Assembly (NCBI GenBank): GCA_043228905.1
Contig: JBHGNT010000003.1
Coordinates: 3,968,001 to 4,032,000 of the forward strand
Origin: Azolla caroliniana
Lineage: Eukaryota; Plantae; Polypodiophyta
Reading direction: 5' to 3'
DNA length: 64,000 bases
In this document: positions 1 to 13,400 of the stretch, piece after piece
Layout of the letters: each line of letters begins with the position of its first letter
Numbering within the stretch: position 1 is the first letter of the stretch
Translations under genes and position numbers: made by a program
Notes under the pieces: model-generated
What the model was told of the DNA's origin: nothing
The model's input: only the letters and a program-made list of their open reading frames with translations
Database searches by the model: none

Positions 1-295
1 AAAGTCCAGGATTCGAAGTGAAATTCTTGATTTGTTTAGTCAATCTACGCAGAGTGAATCGGTCCCTAAGGAACCCCGAAAGGGCAACGTCCGATGGGTA
101 CACGAAACCCCCATACGAAAAGCTGGGAACCATCCAACAATTGTGTGCGGTTTAAATATCTGAAGCCGTAACAATGAAAAGTGTTATTTTCAAAGAAGAT
201 ATAGAGGGGAGGGATCGGACCTTCCCCCAGTGTTGGTTCGTATTGAAGAGTTCTATAGGAAGAAACTACGAACTAGTTGAGCTAGCTAGACTCCG
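1..295 (+). pseudogene. rrn26: Nuclear insertion of a mitochondrial LSU (26S) rRNA fragment (NUMT)
   Basis: GTCAATCTACGCAGAGTGAATCGGTCCCTAAGGAACCCCGAAAGGGC..GTCCGATGGGTACACGAAA matches, from memory, plant mitochondrial LSU rRNA; TAGGAAGAAACTACGAA near 256 resembles the next conserved block. It abuts gypsy RNase H. Confidence 0.6.
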
Positions 296-298
296 AAG

Positions 299-2540
299 TT
301 GTTTCTACAACGAGGTAATGATGAAAAGCTACATCCTATAGCTTTTCACTCACGCAAGTTTGACGCTGCCGAAATCAACTACGAAATTCATGATAAGGAG
401 CTATTGGCAATAGTGGACTCTTTTACGCAATGGAGGCATTTTCTAGAGGGATCCTCTCATCAAGTCACTGTATTCAGTGACCACAAAAACCTTGCCTACT
501 TTCAGGACGCGTGTGTGTTAAATGGACGTCAAGCTCGGTGGGCCCAATTCCTCACGCGTTTCGACTTCAAAGTTACATATCATCTGGGGAAGCACCAAGG
601 GAAGGCAGATGCATTATCACGACATTCGTACCTAGCACCGCGTCCTCACAAGACAGCTTTCGATAACCAAAAGCAAGTAATCTTAGGACCGGCACGACTG
701 CAAGCAACACAGGTCTTTGGCATGCCCATGGATTCCCACGTTATCGATACCATACGTGAGGACTTGAAGACAGATGCTTTCGCCCAAGCCATTCTAGCAC
801 AAATCGATCCCTCTCGAGAATCTTGTTCGCAGTGGAACCACCAAGCACGGACTATCGGCAATTCAAATACCATGATGGATTTCTATTCTTTAAAAAACTC
901 TTGTATGTTCCTAATGGTTCTGGTCGCCTTCGAGTAGTCCAAAACTGTCATGACACATATACAACTGGGCATTTTGGTAGTACTAAAACATTAGATTTAG
1001 TACAACGATCATTCTGGTGGCCCCGTATGCGACAATTTGTCGAAGATTTTGTTCGAACTTGTGATACATGTTGCAGAGCAAAAATGCCAAGGCATCATCC
1101 ATATGGTTTATTAGAACCATTACCAATTCCAAGCAAGTCGTGGCAATCCATTGCTCTAGACTTCATCACAGATCTTCCAGTCTGTAAGGGGTTCAATGCG
1201 ATTCTAAAAATAGTAGATTGATATACGAAGATGGCTCATTTCTTGCCATGTACTAAGGAAATCTCCAGTGAAGAAACCGTTGAAATTGTCATGCGTGAAG
1301 TATGTCGACATCATGGCCTTCCCGATAGTATCATCAGCGACCGTGGACCCCAGTTCGTATCAAAATTCTGGAAGCACCTTTTTAAAATGCTCAAGGTTAC
1401 TTGTAACCTCTCCTCCGGCTACCACCCACAAACCGATGGCCAAGCAGAACAAACAAATCAAACGCTGGAGCAGTATCTTCGGTGCTTTCTAAGCTATCAT
1501 CAAGATGATCGGGTAGATATTCTCCACTTCGCCGAATTTGCCTATAATAACTTTGTCCACGCATCGACTAAAGTTATGTCATTTTATGCTTATACGGGCT
1601 AGCACCCTCAGTGGTGTGTATTTGAAACCCTAGAGTTGTCCACAAATCCTTGCGCAGAGGATCGTTTAGAGCGGTTACGCAAGATACAAGCCGATTTATC
1701 TACTCATCTCCAGCAAGCTCAACAAACACACAAGGTTTACGCGGATCGTCATCGACTTCCATCCAGTTTTAACATTGGAGATCGGGTATGGCTACTACGA
1801 TGACACATCAAGACTACTTGCCCATGAAAGAAGTTGGATTATCGGCGATTAGGTCCTTTCCGTATTATAGGAAGGATTAATGATGTCGTTTTCTGTCTCG
1901 ATCTACCTCCGCAACTTCGGATACATCCAGTGTTTCATAGTTCTCTCCTCAAACCCTATCAAGAGAACACCATCCCAGGACGTATTACACAGCCTCCACC
2001 CTCGATCGAGCTTGAAGATGGACCTGAGTACAAGGTTGCCGCCATCCTTGATTCCAAGATTGTTCGCAACAAGCTCTACTATCTAGTCGATTGGCTAGGA
2101 TATAGTCCTAGCGAGCATACTTGGGAACCGATAAAGAATGTGACCAATCCTCATGCTCTTCTTGAAGACTTCCATCGTCAATATCCAGACAAACCGGGTC
2201 CTCAATCCAAAACGACTCGTGACACTCATCGTTTTAAAGAAGGGATAGTGTCATGATATGGCAAGACTCGAACCCATGACCCTATGCTACATGAGTCGAG
2301 CTCTTACCATTAGACTATGTATTGTAATACAAAAAATATTATTTTCATTTAAGTTTTATTATAGGAAATTGATGTATATTCTAGAGTTCTCTAGAACATT
2401 CTAGAAACTTCAGGAGTACTCCTGAGAACACTATAAAAGGAGGCACAAGGCATTATTTCAAACCAAATCGGTTCAACGCCAGTCTTAAGCCTCCTAGCTA
2501 CTATTGTATACTCTCTTCACATAATATATATCTTTTATCA

Positions 2541-2583
<43 letters not shown>

Positions 2584-2679
2584 CACTCTTTCCTTCTCTC
2601 GAGAGTTCTACACCTCTCTTAGTACTAATCCTTATCTTTTAGTACTAACTCCTTCTCTGGCATAGTACTAATCCTTACA
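299..2679 (+). mobile_element. Degenerate Ty3/gypsy chromovirus (Tcn1-like), 3' part: RNase H, integrase, chromodomain, PPT, 3' LTR
   Basis: [13 protein letters not shown] (RNase H); CHD..GH..CDTC zinc finger; IALDFIT, SDRGPQF, HPQTDGQAE (integrase); [13 protein letters not shown] chromodomain; PPT AAAGAAGGGATAG at ~2236-2248; several stops and frameshifts. Confidence 0.92.
2249..2679 (+). repeat. 3' LTR of the chromovirus (TGTCA...TTACA)
   Basis: Starts right after the PPT; TATA-like CTATAAAA and (CT)n inside. The flank after 2679 recurs without the element at ~4408, which fixes the right boundary. Confidence 0.75.
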
Positions 2680-3159
2680 ACTAATAAGTTATTACTAACC
2701 TTAATTTTTTAATAAAGCATAGATAATAGTAATAACGTATTAACTTATAAGTATAAAAAAGATGGTTAGTAAAAGTTTTAGTTTTAACTTAAAACTTAAA
2801 ATTAAACCTAGAGTCTACACTCGAGTATCTTAGAGTATTTAACAAAGGACTAATGTTATTGTTTAAAATTTAAATCGATTTGAGAATTTATATCATGAGT
2901 CATGATTCATCATTACAAGTTATATGATATGATTTTAAGCGTGTTTTTAAAAAACATATAATATATATACATATATATAAATTTATAATATTGTCATATA
3001 TATATATTAGACTAGACTCTAGAGTCTAGTATATTACACACTTTATACTACATAGTTTTTAGTTTTTAGTAAGGCCTAAACTTGACAAGTTAGTCTTAAA
3101 GTTTTTTGACGGGCATTTTTTAAAGATGTATGTCATATGACATAAGATTGCAAAAACAA

Positions 3160-3860
3160 CAGCATCGTGAAGTGTTGTGGCATGGCTTGATCACTCCGTT
3201 GATAGGTGGACGGACGCCCTCAATGCGGATAGTTGGTGTTATGTATGCATGAGAGGCGAAATCGCGAAGATTCGATTTGAGAGAAGCTTGCAGTCCGCCT
3301 CCCCTAGGTTCCCGGATATTTGGATGCTTATCGCAGGCTTCACCCTGTGGTATGTATGGAAAGCACGTTGCCTAAAGGTCTTTCAGGATCTGGTGCGGCC
3401 CCCCGGAGGAAGTGATAATGGACATATGGTTTGCGCTTAGCAGCTACTTATGAGGGCAATTGGACGAGGTCTGTAGCCATTCCAATGACGTGGTTACGAC
3501 CCGTTTGCACTTTTGGCAGAAATGGCCAAACACGCCTATGGTGGCACAAGGAGGAAGTGGCTCGAGGTGGAACTACCAGCCCCCACGTTGGCTGTTTTCG
3601 GCTCACTTACCACCCTCCCTTCGATGTCGACCCTAGGAGGTGTCTCGTAGTAGCCATCACTGAAGGGCACCATTTTTAGTTATAGGTACTTACATTAAGT
3701 AGTCAGTCCAAAAGGCAATGTAACTAGTCTCCTTTTCTTGAACCTGATCAAAGGGAGATTCCTCGTTCTCTGTATAAGCCTCCTTGTACAGTCTCTTTGT
3801 AATAATCCTTCCTAACTAATGGGAAAGTAGCTTCATTTTAGGGAAAAAAAAAAAAAAAAA
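3160..3860 (+). mobile_element. 5'-truncated L1-type LINE (ORF2 C-terminus, 3' UTR, poly-A)
   Basis: WMLIAGFTLWYVWKARC motif of the LINE ORF2 C-terminus; A-run at 3844-3860; homologous copy at ~40555-41320. Confidence 0.75.
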
Positions 3861-4700
3861 CATGTCATTTTACATATAGATTTTAGAAATGAAAAGATCT
3901 ATGTAATGTTACATTGTTATATATTTCATTGCTATAGAAAGCACATAAAGATACACAAATCAACATAACTACCTCACCAAGATAATGAAATATATAAAAT
4001 AAATATCATGTTAATGTATTTAAGCCAAAACACAAACAACATATTTATCGATAATCATAATCTATTCTTGCAAAGTGGATACAATAAACATAAAAAAAAC
4101 ATATAAATTGAATACTTAATCATCATATATTCCGTAAAACCCAAAAAGATACAAAAATGTTTATCATACCGTAGCTCGTCATACTAAGCATTGTGCATTA
4201 TGTGTCTACTTCAATGGTACCATCCTTCCATCTTTCTCTTCAAACCAAAGGTTAAATATATCCTTCCAACAAATGTTTGATATATCTTGAGCATTTAAGG
4301 ATATAAACATCAAAACATCTAAAGTTTCCAAAGATAAACCTTTTTAATATAATTTTTTGTGATATTTTGACGTGAAAAGCCTCGTTCACATGCAACTATT
4401 TTCTATACTAATAAGTTATTACTAACCTTAATTTGTTAATAAAGCATAGATGATACTTATTAGTAATAACTTAATAAGTATAAAAAGAATGGTTGGTAAA
4501 AGTTTTAGTTTTAACTTAAAACTTCTGTACTAAAAGTATTTAATTTCAATATAATACAAGCAGTCAATTTATTGCATAGGTAATACAAAAACTATATGTA
4601 TAATATTATATAATGTGATAGATGGTAACTTACCTATTTAAAATGTTGAAGCTTGAAGGATGTATTCTTGAAGTGTTCTATTGTTGCTGCAGAACAACTA
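3861..4700 (-). mobile_element. Decayed hAT-like DNA transposon remnant, inverted homologue of 15240-16160
   Basis: Reverse-complement similarity to 15240-16160 (for example 4525-4700 vs 15240-15450; the left flank 3060-3160 also matches 16070-16160). Confidence 0.45.
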
Positions 4701-4704
4701 CATG

Positions 4705-4998
4705 TAAAGTTTTTTGACGGGCATTTTTTAAAGATGTATGTCATATGACATAAGATTGCAAAAACAAAAGCATCGTGGAGTGTTGCGGCATGGCTTGATC
4801 ACTCCGTTGATAGGTGGACGGACGCCCTCAATGCGGAGAGTTGGTGCTACGTATGCATGAGAGGCAAAATCACCAAGATTCAATTTGAGAGAGGCTTGCA
4901 GTCCGCATCCCCTAGGTTTCCGGACATTTGGATGCTGATCGCAGGCTTCACCCTGTGGTATGTATGGAAAGTGCGTTGCCTAAAGGTCTTTAAGGATC
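4705..4998 (+). repeat. Local duplicate of ~3097-3390, including the host/LINE junction
   Basis: Near-identical sequence from AAAGTTTTTTGACGGGCATTTT to CCTAAAGGTCTTT. Confidence 0.85.
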
Positions 4999-5126
4999 AA
5001 GTCTGAAATAAAAGTAACCTGTTGATCTATGCATGGGAGATTCCACTTGTGCAACGGTCTTTAAGGATCAAGTCTGAAATAAAAGTAACCTGCTGATCTA
5101 TGCATGGGAGATTCCACTTGTAACAA
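4985..5126. repeat. Tandem duplication, 2 x ~71 bp
   Basis: GGTCTTTAAGGATCAAGTCTGAAATAAAAG...CCACTTGT(G/A)CAAC occurs twice. Confidence 0.9.
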
Positions 5127-6680
5127 CATTTTGTGACTTTGATCATTATCTCATGTGGTTGTGGTCATTCCTATGATTGATCGTTTGTAATCTAACAACT
5201 ATTCAACCAATGAAAGTGGAGTCCTATCTACAATAGGCATTCTCGATTTCTGTTTATCTATGATAGCAATAGTTCTGCATCCTTCACTGAGAAATCTATG
5301 TTAAAATCAGTGGTAGCATGCTTAGATCTCATAATAGGCTGAGCAATGGTGGAGATAGTCAATCTAAGACAAAACAATGTCCATTCTCAAAGCTATTATA
5401 GAGCTAGGTGGACCATTTACCTGTGATGTTAACTTGCATTTGTACCTTAGCAATTTTTTCTTTTAACTTTGAAATTTTATAGATAGGTTGAACAATTTGT
5501 ACAATGCCTGATGGTGCCTTTTATTATTATCTAGGATGAATTTTACTACCACTATTTGGACTGTTGGTTGAAGCCTTCTTAGCAAATACAATCTTTTGGA
5601 TTCGGCTATTCTGGATCTTTTCAACACAATCCTTACTGTTAGTGAATTTTTATATGTTGAATGGACAAGGTATGACAGAGAGAACATGGTCGGCCATCCA
5701 TCCATCCATCCATCATGAACTTCAACTAAACCAACCAGAGACCTCTCTCGCTTGTTCGAACTCCGTTTTCCTGCTGATCCGATAATGTGAAATTTTGCTG
5801 CTTAAATTTGCTTTATTATTTTAGGCTACAGAGGTTATCACGGTTAAAGAACAATGGCCTGAACCTGTGAGTGCGAGGGGAAAGGTAATATTTGCTGATG
5901 GCAGGAAAGATGGATTTCGGGAAGAATGTACCAAGAAGGACACACAAGAGATCTTGATAAAGAGATCTTATTTCACCACTCACGCTTTGTTACAGTGATA
6001 TTTAACTGATCTGTATTTGTTTGTGTCTAGTGGCGCAAGACCACACTCATTAATCAGATATAGACATAGGAATCGGTGTACTTTGCTAAATTGAGAAGGT
6101 TTGTCAATTATGCCATAAAGAGGAATTATTTGAGGAGCACTTTGGCAATCCTTGTTGCAAATGGACTCTCACAATTAGAGATATTTGGGGCTGTTTTGAT
6201 TAGATATCAGTCAATTTAGATGGGTCTCTCTAGATGAGTACATGGCCACCACATAGATGTCTTGTACATAGGTAAATGCCAAGACTCAACGCCTTAAATG
6301 GCAAAACAAAGAAAAAAACAACCGAAAGATACATGACACTGATGGTCCAATAGGCTTCTGTACTAAAATATATGACTGTATGACCATGATTTTTCATGTT
6401 AAACATTTTGATGATATTCCATTTGCTATCGTATGATTATTTTCCTATGCAGGTTCTCACGGGTACATCCAGGCTTCTTTGATTGCCAAAGATGTAAGGA
6501 TAATTTTCTCAGGGTGAATACATGTGATTTGAGTTCTGATGAATGTCATGGGATTTTATGTACCCCACATGTATGTCATATAGAGAAACCAAAGGGAGGA
6601 CACCAATTCCTCGGCCTTCGTTTTTCTTGAGGGTAATCATGAGTATGCTTGAATAAAGGTGCGAGAATGAGGAGGCTAAT

Positions 6681-6721
<41 letters not shown>

Positions 6722-6743
6722 CCATGGATGTAGGGGATGAGGA

Positions 6744-7582
6744 TGTTGTTAATTATCCGGTCACTATTTTGTTTTGTTTTTTTTTAATAACATTTATTAT
6801 TATTATTATTAGATAGTAATATGAAACAAAACAAAAGTTTTGTTTCTTTAGTAATTATTACCCTTACTTTATTCTTTAAAAGGGTAAATGTAAGTTACGT
6901 TTTTTAGTGAGTAAAGAAAGAAAATAATAATACTAATAATAATAATAAAGAGTAAAACAAAACAAAACGACCGTTTTTGTTTTGAGAGAGACAAAGAGAA
7001 GGTGGAAAGGAGATATATATATATGGGAAGAGATGAGAACAAAGTATGAGAGGGTGAAGGAGAGTGAAGCATTGTGAAGCATAGAGAAGCTTAGTGAAGC
7101 TTGGTGAAGCTTGGTGAAGCTTGGTGGAGCTTGGTGGAGCTTGGTGAAGCTTGGTGGAGCTTGGTGAAGCTTGGTGCTCGACTCATCTACTCTTAATCTT
7201 CTTTCCATCTCCGCTACTCAACGTGAGATCTACACGGCTACTACTTCGACTTGTGGACATTCTTATCCGGGTTTTCTTCTCTCTTCTTTTCTACTATATG
7301 CTTGAGAGATAGTCTTATCCCTTTGGATTATTGTACCAATTTTGTCGGTAGTATTATGCTACATATCTCTACATATTTCTAGTATATCTAGAAGTAGAAC
7401 TTGTACTTTGTGTTGTATCTCTTTCTTGATAGTGGATTGGTTTTGGACTTTTGTCCCGTGGTTGTTTCCCTCATTGAGGGTTTTTCCACGTTAAATCTTG
7501 TGTAATCTTTTTGTGTCATTGTGTGTATGTTGTTGTGTTCCTTTTACATTATAATCGAGCATAAAACGTGACGCGTGTTACA
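6744..7582 (+). mobile_element. Probable solo copia-type LTR containing a 10-bp tandem repeat
   Basis: U5-like CCGTGGTTGTTTCCC..GGGTTTTTCCACGTTAAAT and a TATA run. Boundaries uncertain; no TSD found. Confidence 0.45.
7086..7175. repeat. Minisatellite (G[A/G]AGCTTGGT) x ~9
   Basis: Direct 10-bp periodicity. Confidence 0.95.
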
Positions 7583-9130
7583 CTCTTACGTGTCTATACC
7601 TCATCAGATGTTGGCCATCTGGTGGGCCATTAATCAAAAGGATTGTGATTATGCAAGCAGAGGTATATATAGTACTTTAGAAACAAAAGAGAGTTTTGTA
7701 TATTTCTCAAACTAGGCCCAATAATATTAACATACATATATCGTTGTATTAGGTCCTTTAAAGTATACATGTATTAACACACATGTATATAATTTCAGGA
7801 GAAATGAATGTAAAAATTGAGGGTCATTTTTGCCCTTCTACCAAATTTGCCATGTCAAGTTTGTGTGCCTTAATTGACTATATTGTCACATTGTGTCTTT
7901 GAGTGTTGTATTACTCTATGGTGGTTTAGATCTTTAGATCATAGTTCAATGTCCCTACCTCCAACAAGGGTTATTTTCACACTCTAACATAGAGATATAT
8001 TTTCCCAAATTTAATGTCGATATTTCCAAAACATTTCTTCATTAGGGAAGGGCTCTGTTGGCCTCTTTTACTTGATTATTTGTAATGTTGAACCTCTTGG
8101 TGATGTAGTCGAGGTTGTGGAGCCTTCAACTATTGAGAAGATAAGTACCGCATCTCGAACTTTTGAGGCTGTTTGCAAATGCTAGGAATTGAAGTGAAAA
8201 TCGGATTAATGTTGTGGTGTAATGGTATAAATCCTTGATGTCAGATTGTTTCGATTAATATTGTGTTATATTAATATGAATTCTTGAACTGGATTGTAAT
8301 GTTCATCGTTTATGATGTAAATCCCCTGCAAGAGAGGCATAATGGTCCCACAATGCGATGCAAACAATCTTGTCCTTCCATCCCACATCCTGCCTTCTCC
8401 TAATGGCACTTGGTTTTTATTGCCATATGGCTTGACATTACGTATTTCTTTATCTACTAAAATACTTGGTAGAATATTTCACTAGATAAAGAAATACAAT
8501 CCGTCTTCCATCTTCCCCATTTCTACCAATGATAAATTACTCACTAGAGTGTCGGACGGTGGGGTATAGTTTGGATCGTACTTCAATCCTTGTTTATTGC
8601 CCTAAATGTATAGTATGTTCCCAATAATGAAGATTCCAGATAAAAAAGAATCATTACTGGGATAATCTGTTAGGAAGTTTTTGTTGTTTCTGCATATGGA
8701 TGATGTCCTATTTGTCTTGTTCACTTATGTCCTATGCCTTTGCTTTTCCAGGAACTTGAAGCTTTCATTGTTGATTCGAAGACATTTAAAGAGACCCACA
8801 CAACAAGGAATGGAAGAGGAACTCGATATATGTAGCTATGGTTCAAGGATGGGAAGAGATGAAAATTACTTCTCCGGATAGTAATAGCAGAAATCAATGA
8901 TTCGTCTTCCATCTTCCCCAATTCTACCAAGTACTTTGTGCCCTCTTATCTAAAATAATTGGAATTCGGCCATTTCTAACATCTTGAATTAGGTCGTTTC
9001 TAAAGTATAGATCAAGTGATCATCCATCCCGTTCTGCCTCACAGAGACTATTCACTCAGCAAATGCAAAATGTATTACCCAACCATCTCGATTCTTCCTG
9101 TAAATATGATATGTCTCTCTACATAGTCCT

Positions 9131-9572
9131 GTGGACTGTCTTATCCAAGAATGTCATTTAATTAATGGTTTGAATGTCTACATTGGGGTCTCAAAGTTTA
9201 CATTACGAGATTGTGGCAGAAATTACACGCTTTTGTCGAATAGGAAAGGTAGAGATGTGGATGATATTATGTGGAACAAGAAGGGTGATGATCAACTAGC
9301 TGTCTCTCTGATTGCTGCATGCCAAATTAACATCGTGGAAGCAAAAGGCGAACTCAAGACACATCTACTGTATGGAATGAAGGTTTTAGGTGAAGAGCTT
9401 CTTTTGTAGGATAGATTACGAGGAAGATTATTTAGAAGCGATTCTTGCAAACAAGAAGCCATCCAATGATCTCATAGTGTATCAATATCCAAAATGCCAA
9501 GGACTCCGAATATCGAAAGTTGATGATAGGAGGATGTTGCTTCTTTATTTCCTCCATAGATTAAGAGTCTAG
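9131..9572 (+). pseudogene. Frameshifted remnant of an unknown protein, repeated near several ROCO copies
   Basis: DQLAVSLIAACQINIVEAKGELKTHLLYGMKVLGEE, then in another frame FCRIDYEEDYLEAIL...GLRISKVDDRRMLLLYF; homologous pieces at ~40445-40550 and ~48770-48860. Confidence 0.5.
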
Positions 9573-10461
9573 CATATTGTCTCTATCTCCTTATCACGAT
9601 GAGTGACAAAGTGAGTACATTATGATTAAACTAGAAAGAAATTCTAGCTCTTCCTATAGTAAATTAAGAACAGACACAAAAATGTAAACCATTAAAATTG
9701 CTTTTAATGACAACATACAAATGTAATTACAGGTTAAGAATGCTCAAGTAATATACACATATGTGACCTTCTGGCTTAAATGTGACCACTGTATACAAAA
9801 CGCTTGGATTGAAATTGCTTAACCACTGTACACAACCCTCATTAAATGCTTCCAAATGTGTAAGTGTACATCTATAGGGTTTAATGAGCTTTGGAAATGT
9901 GTAAAAACGTGTATCAAGTTTTGCCTTCTTGTTCAAAGAGCTTAAGCAGATGTATACAAAAGTAACCTACATTTGTTTCAGATACACACACTTATGCCGC
10001 AGTATGCATGGAATGGCATGTTTCAAAGAGCTCGAAGTATATACGTCTTCCAGGTGGCGACACTTATGGTGCACTGTGCATGGAGTAACATCAATAATCT
10101 TCACAAACAATAGTAACCTAAGTGCACTAATGCATATATAGTGAGTTAGAGAATATTAACCTCCACTTGCTAGAGCTCGGAAAGTTGTCAGCCTTATCAC
10201 TCGTGTGCATTTTATGTCGTTAAAAAGATAAGACTCTAATCAAGAGAGACATGTGCTCAATGCAACATACCTAGAGGAGACAGGTTGATTAGAAAATAAC
10301 ACATTGTATACTTATTTCAAATCCACAAATAAGCTTGAGATTAATCACAAAATCCATTTAGGCATGGTGAAGCAACTACATATAAAAGTTTACAATAAAA
10401 GAAACCTTTCCAAACAAATGAGAGAATGTTGTTTAGTCAAATTTGCATAACACAATATGAT

Positions 10462-13400
10462 TCAACCTAACCGGAAAGGTGTTTGTCCTTTGTAGTGTTT
10501 CTGACATAACCATGCAACTTGAGTACTCCCATGAGTTTGATTATAGATGGCTCGTTGGAGACCAAACTTCTTAGCTATATTTTCGTCTGTTAGACCTCCA
10601 TTTTCTCTTAATATAGATGCTAAGCACTTTTGCCACTCTTTGGAAGCATCCTCTAATGTACTTAGAAATATATCTTTTTTTGATTTCATAGTATGTCTTT
10701 GTATAATAGGATATTGTTTTGTTAGTTTGATGTAAGGTGTGCAATCAGGTACCAAAGGGCTTCCAAGACGTGCCACAGAGGAAATACTGAGTCTGGCAGC
10801 TATAGTCAAAACTTGAACGAAACCCTTGATATATGGAAGAGCTCTTTCTAGAATCTCTTGTTGAGAGTTTGACAAAGAGGTAAGGGTGATACCAGATTGG
10901 TTTTCAACCGGGTGTATCAAATTTCTATCCTCACAAAATAATTGGATTCTCACAATTTCCCCTCCCAAAACTTTAGGCACCCATGTCAAAAGTTGTACAA
11001 TGGTTGATCCAAACTTTTTCGCGGTAAGGAGAGCGACGCGAGGAAGTTGTTTCTCTACCTCATTTTCTAGAGCCATTTTCAATAACTTGCCTATAGATTT
11101 CTGAACATTGCTCATAACATCTTTCCTCATAATTTGAATTTCTTTATGCATTTCACCTAGCTTCTTAGTCATTTGATCCACCTTATCGTGTATCTTTAGA
11201 ACCTCTTCATGAGTGGCATCCACCTTACGATGTAAACTTAAAATTGACCTTGCCATAAACTGAATTGCTTCTTCTAATGTTTGACCATGCATCAAGCCAT
11301 TTTCTTGCATGCTAGTCATGATCACATTTTCGCATGAACTTTGATATTCCCTAGATTCATTGACTTTATCATCATCCTCCAACAATTCATCCCTAACGTC
11401 CACTACAAGCCATTTTTTAAATGACCAGAGGACCTCCTCATAATACTCTATCCCCAACAGATCAATTAAATCATTTCTTAGACCATCAGGCTTTAACTTA
11501 GTCCTTTTCCAAACGTACGATTCATGTTGGCCTTGCTCGAGCTTTTTCCAAAGTTCTTCCTTCAAATAAGTTATTTCCAAGCATTGACCTTCTCTATCTT
11601 GTGTCCTTGATGGATCACATAAACAATCGGGGCGGATGACGCTCTCAATCAACTTAACCCCTTGGACACCACTAGGTTGTGCACATATTGTGATCAAGGT
11701 GTTGATGATATGTTTTTGAACAAAAGCTAAGATACTTGGTGTGTGTTTTTCAGTATTAATATTTTGATCAACCCGAACCAACACATCTATCACATGGTTC
11801 GATTTTGCTTGGCAAAATACGACGATGATCTCCATGTCTGGAAAAAATATGGATATAAAATCTTTGCCGAGCGTGATCTCGACTTTGTCATCCTGAAATT
11901 GGAATGTATTGTTAAATAGTACCTGAATCATTGGAAACAATCCTGGAGTAAGAAATGTGAGGATTTTGTTCTCACACTCTAGCCTTCTGCCCATATACAC
12001 AAACATATCCTTATCATCATCTAAACAATTTTTATTCTTTGATGTCCATTGGAGTTTTTCCCCATCCACATCCTTAGACAATATGGCAGGAATAAAGATC
12101 TTATCTCCACTGCTACTAGGGACTTTGCAACATATGTGCATGGGTTCCATCAATTGTACCAGTAATGAACCTTCCGCTTTAGATTTGGCAATGGATTCAA
12201 ACTTGTCTTCAAGGAAACATTTAGGGATGTATCCTTTCTCAAATACAATAGTACCCTTCTCTTTAGATGCTTTAGAGTTTGGGAAATGAATGAGGGTGCC
12301 CATGATCTCATTGCAAAACCAATTGGGATCAAGAATGATGTGTTGGATTCCATTTATGTATATGATGTTACCGGACTCATTCAAGGACATGGCAATTGCA
12401 TTTAACTTAGCTTTGGCACTAGCGGGATTGGAATGTTGGAGAGCCATATTGCAGATATCCTGGAATTTCTCCCATGTAATGATTCGTTCATTTTTGTTTT
12501 TCAAATGCTTTGATAACTGTTTGCTTACCCGTGTGCAGATGTCGTACAGCTGAATACCTTGGAGCATATCTTTGGCATTGTTGAAGATAGATTCTGCTAC
12601 AGCTTTGACATAGTCATTCTTCCTGGCATCCACATGGAAAGGAGGGTGGAGGATGTCAATCACCCTTTTAAAATCTGATCGAAGTGAGTCAATGGATTGT
12701 GAGAGAGCGCCAGTGACAAACTCCGTTTGATCGGCTCGTGTGAATACCACGATCACTCTGAGAGGGATGATGGACTGACGGCTTTTGGAGGCCAGGAACC
12801 GAAGCCAGTACTCGAAGCTTGCTACGAAGTCAGTCTCTTTCTTCTCTACTCCTCTGTCGCTACTTTCGCTATCCATGGGACTCCAAACGAACATGAACAT
12901 GGATGGGAACTGATAAGAGCTGGTTCCTATGTCCGGGAACATGCAGTCATGGAATGCGTGGAACTCTTGTTGGCCTGCCATGTCCCAGACAGACACTCGA
13001 ATTCCCTCTTTCTTGATGGCTTGCACCTCAATTCCTTGTGTTCGACCTCCAGCAAACAGGGCTCTTAGCCTATCTATCTTGCGCCCATACATGGAGCGCA
13101 TGGTGGATACAAGGGTAGTCTTTCCTGCGCCAAACAAAATGCAGTGCAAGTGTGTTAGTGTGTGTTTATCCTCATCAATCTGATTTTTCAATATTGGAGA
13201 GAGTGTGGTCATTCATGTCTTGCCTGCGAATGCATCTCCGCAGATGGACAGCTCGTCCGGTGAGATTGGCGGTAGCCGTGAGGATGGCCATCCGTTGTGA
13301 AGGCGTGGCATCTCTGAAATCGAACATCATGTCTCTGCTCCCCCATTCCCAAGCTCGACGTTCTAACGCTTCATCAGGACCATATGACGCATAACATACG

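Noticed and set aside
7086-7175. Possible CRISPR-like array
   Set aside because: Head-to-tail repeats with no spacers, no cas genes, eukaryotic context.
6933-7208. ORF with TKLHQAPPSF repeats
   Set aside because: It is a translation of the 10-bp minisatellite, not a gene.
10547-13394. Short plus-strand ORFs recurring opposite ROCO copies (also 42503-46020 and 61890-63995)
   Set aside because: Antisense shadows that recur only because the sense gene is conserved.
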